Shown here: positions 61,853-64,000 of the stretch, piece after piece | How positions within the stretch are numbered: position 1 is the first letter of the stretch | Layout: each line of letters starts with the position of its first letter | Virus record (IMG/VR): IMGVR_UViG_2919614203_000001 | Span: 9,916-73,915 of that record | Source of the DNA: a virus | DNA: 64,000 nucleotides | Reading direction: 5' to 3' (one strand) | Translations under genes and position numbers: made by a program | Notes under the pieces: model-generated | What the model was told of the DNA's origin: nothing | What the model saw: only the letters and a program-made list of their open reading frames with translations | Database searches by the model: none

Positions 61853-62794
61853 TCTACGTTGCTCGATCAAGATGACTAGGAGTGCCGACACGGTCAGCGA
61901 CAAGGTTGCCGCCCCCGGCATTTCGAGGCCGATTGATCGCGCGAAGTCGATGACTGGCCGATGGGTTGCATAAAGCGGATAGGACAAGAGACCGAGGGCC
62001 GCGCAAAGCGAGGCGTGTTTGCTGTCCATCCGGGCAGCGCCAATGATCATCACGGGCGTTAGGATAAAGCAGAACGCCGGGTTGAAAAACCAAATCGGCA
62101 GCATCGGGCCAACGATCATCGCCAGCACGAATGTCGTCAGCGCTACCCAGGGGGTGACCTGGAATTCCTGCCAGCCAAAACGGAATATGGCCATGCCGAT
62201 AAGATACCCGGACAGGGCGCGGACAGCCATCGGCAGGAAGTAGGCGACGTCAGTGCCGCCGGTCTCATGACCGATCACGGCGGTGGCGGCCAGGTAGGAA
62301 AAAGCAGCGATAATCGTAAGGCACAGGAGCGCGCGATTGCCAATCCGGGCGAGCGCGACAGCGTGAAGAATGTTGGCGGCGAGCTCATAGAACAGCGACC
62401 AGCCTGGGCCATTGATGGGGAACGGCCGTTCGTCAAAGAGTGGTGCTGGCAAGAACGCCATGGCCAAGGCGAAGGCGATAATGACGAGAGCCGGATCAAA
62501 TCCGCCTGCCAACATATTCGCCGCGCCGATCGCGCAGCCGATGGCGAAAACGGGCCAGAGCCGACGGTAGCGCAAAACCATGAATCGCACGGGCGATAGA
62601 TCGCCAGAGGCCAGTCGCGGCTCGAACGTTCTTGCCATGACAAAACCGGAGATTGCGAAGAACAGGTCTACCGCCATGCCACCGCGGGTCCAGTTGCCCG
62701 GTATCGTCCCGAACCAAGCGTCGAGATGAAAAATGAACACCGCCAGTGCAGCGAGGCCTCGAAGCGCGTCGAGACCGTAAAGACGTTTCCCCAT
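61796..62794 (-). CDS. Membrane O-acyltransferase (OafA/Acyl_transf_3 family)
   Basis: LDALRGLAAL.V..FH, AVDLFF.ISGFVM, RYRRLWP, WSL.YE, LG..SYPLY..H; ~9-10 TM segments. Confidence 0.9.
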   Translation of the reverse strand: MGKRLYGLDALRGLAALAVFIFHLDAWFGTIPGNWTRGGMAVDLFFAISGFVMARTFEPRLASGDLSPVRFMVLRYRRLWPVFAIGCAIGAANMLAGGFDPALVIIAFALAMAFLPAPLFDERPFPINGPGWSLFYELAANILHAVALARIGNRALLCLTIIAAFSYLAATAVIGHETGGTDVAYFLPMAVRALSGYLIGMAIFRFGWQEFQVTPWVALTTFVLAMIVGPMLPIWFFNPAFCFILTPVMIIGAARMDSKHASLCAALGLLSYPLYATHRPVIDFARSIGLEMPGAATLSLTVSALLVILIEQRRSGGIKTVKSRLAGRQGAS

Positions 62795-62889
62795 CGACCC
62801 ACGGTCTGCCGGGTAGCTCTGAAGATCAAGTAAAAGTCACTGTTACTATCACCGGGTCAGTACCGGTTTGCAGCACAAAGGAATTCACG

Positions 62890-63036
62890 ATGAGCGACGA
62901 TTCGGTCGCCCTCGTCGGCGCGGTGGCGCTGGCGGGGGTTGCGGTGCTGTGCCTGCGGCGCTGGCTGCTCTGGCGCGAGGCGCGGGCACTGATGCTGCGC
63001 AAGATGGCGGAGATCCGGGACGGGGTGCGGGTGTGA
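62890..63036 (+). CDS. Small membrane protein (lysis cassette)
   Basis: 48 aa, N-terminal TM helix, basic tail. Confidence 0.5.
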   Translation: MSDDSVALVGAVALAGVAVLCLRRWLLWREARALMLRKMAEIRDGVRV

Positions 63037-63398
63037 CGGGTGGCGTCGACGCGTGGTTGCAGGGCGTCGCTGCATGGAGCGCCGTCGGCGCATCGAGCGG
63101 GGCGGGGTTCTTCTTCGCCAAGTGGCTGGTCGAATACGTCGGCGGCCGGATGGATCGGCGGGCCGATGCGCTGGACGCCAGCACGCAGCGGCTGATCGAG
63201 GGTCTGGAAAAGCGGGTCTGCTCGCTGACCACCCGGGTCGAAACGGTCGAGCGCGAGCTGGTCGAGTGCAAGCACAAGCACGCCGAGGCCGAGGCCGAGA
63301 CGATGCGGCTGAAGGCCATCATCCAGGGCAGCGGCGAAGTGCGCGAACAAGCGGCGCGGATCATCGCCGCCGAGAAATATCGCGGGGGGCAAGAATGA
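63033..63398 (+). CDS. Holin-like TM + coiled-coil protein
   Basis: N-terminal hydrophobic segment, long coiled coil, coupled to endolysin. Confidence 0.55.
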   Translation: MTGGVDAWLQGVAAWSAVGASSGAGFFFAKWLVEYVGGRMDRRADALDASTQRLIEGLEKRVCSLTTRVETVERELVECKHKHAEAEAETMRLKAIIQGSGEVREQAARIIAAEKYRGGQE

Positions 63399-64000
63399 CG
63401 ACGGTGAGGGAACTGCAAGGCGCGCTGGGCGTGAAGGTCGACGGCATCTTCGGGCCGGTGTCGAGCGGGGCGTTGCTGGCTTCGTTCGTGAACCGGAACG
63501 CGCCGGCCGTAACTGACGCCGACATGGCGGCATTCGCTGCCAGACTGGGCTGCTCGCTGCGCCAGTTGCGCGCGGTGGCCAAAGTGGAAAGCGGCGGGTC
63601 GGCCTTCGACGCGCAGGGGCGGCCCAAGATGCTGTTCGAGCGGCACCTGTTCCACCGCCTGACCAACGGGGAGCATTCGCCCGCGACCTTCTCCAGTCCG
63701 CAATGGGGCGGGTACGACGTGAGCAGCTGGGCGAAGCTGGCCGCGGCCTGTTCGGTCGATCCCGGCGCGGCATTCGGCGCGTGCAGCTGGGGCAAGTTCC
63801 AGGTGCTCGGGCTGCACTGGTCGACCTTTGGCCTCGCATCGTCCTTCGCGCTCGCCCGGTCGACGGTGCGATCGGAGAAGGCGCATTACGAGCTGCTGTC
63901 GCTCTACATCGAAAAGCACGGGATGAAGGACGAGCTGCGCGCCCTGTCGCGTGATCCCGACGACTGCCGCGCCTTTGCGCAGGGGTTCAACGGCCCCGCC
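63395..64000 (+). CDS. Endolysin, N-acetylmuramidase (DUF3380-like), 3'-partial
   Basis: LQ.ALGV.VDG.FGP peptidoglycan-binding start; AVAKVESGG, P..LFERH.F, SWG.FQ..G; frame open to window end. Confidence 0.88.
   Translation, partial: MTTVRELQGALGVKVDGIFGPVSSGALLASFVNRNAPAVTDADMAAFAARLGCSLRQLRAVAKVESGGSAFDAQGRPKMLFERHLFHRLTNGEHSPATFSSPQWGGYDVSSWAKLAAACSVDPGAAFGACSWGKFQVLGLHWSTFGLASSFALARSTVRSEKAHYELLSLYIEKHGMKDELRALSRDPDDCRAFAQGFNGPA

Larger units (their letters stand above)
24551..64000. mobile_element. Prophage 2, lambda/HK97-like siphovirus; right end outside window
   Basis: Integrase, early operon, CI/Cro, replication, HNH-terminase-portal-protease-capsid, tail and lysis genes in canonical order. 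Confidence 0.92.

Overview
High-GC window, probably from an alphaproteobacterium of the Sphingomonadaceae type (inferred from GC content, a GapR-like gene, an AANDN motif and the tRNA sequence). It consists almost entirely of two back-to-back prophages that meet at a 46-bp copy of the 3' half of a tRNA-CAT gene (24551-24596). Prophage 1 (left end outside the window, to ~24596) is a P2-like myovirus with a complete head, tail and baseplate set in a rearranged order. It also carries a counter-oriented fibre/lysis cassette, three copies of a GTTGT-N13-ACAAC late-promoter motif, a gpE/E' -1 frameshift site, a P2-like cos, an origin-like palindrome and a methyltransferase-nuclease fusion. Prophage 2 (24551 to beyond 64000) is a lambda/HK97-like siphovirus. 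Its large serine recombinase ends inside the antisense tRNA sequence. It also encodes a C5 methyltransferase, a CI/Cro switch with five 17-bp operators, a beta clamp, a ParB-like + GP88-like pair, a tandem GapR, a split primase/helicase with an iteron region, and HK97-type head and tail genes with a GGGAAAC frameshift. The best candidate for an undescribed system is its tail-tip module (59035-62794): a PhoD-like phosphatase with no secretion signal, apparently split by one base from an upstream virion-type domain, flanked by a paralogue of that domain and followed by an antisense surface acyltransferase. All family assignments come from motifs, gene order and recalled family features; no database search was run.
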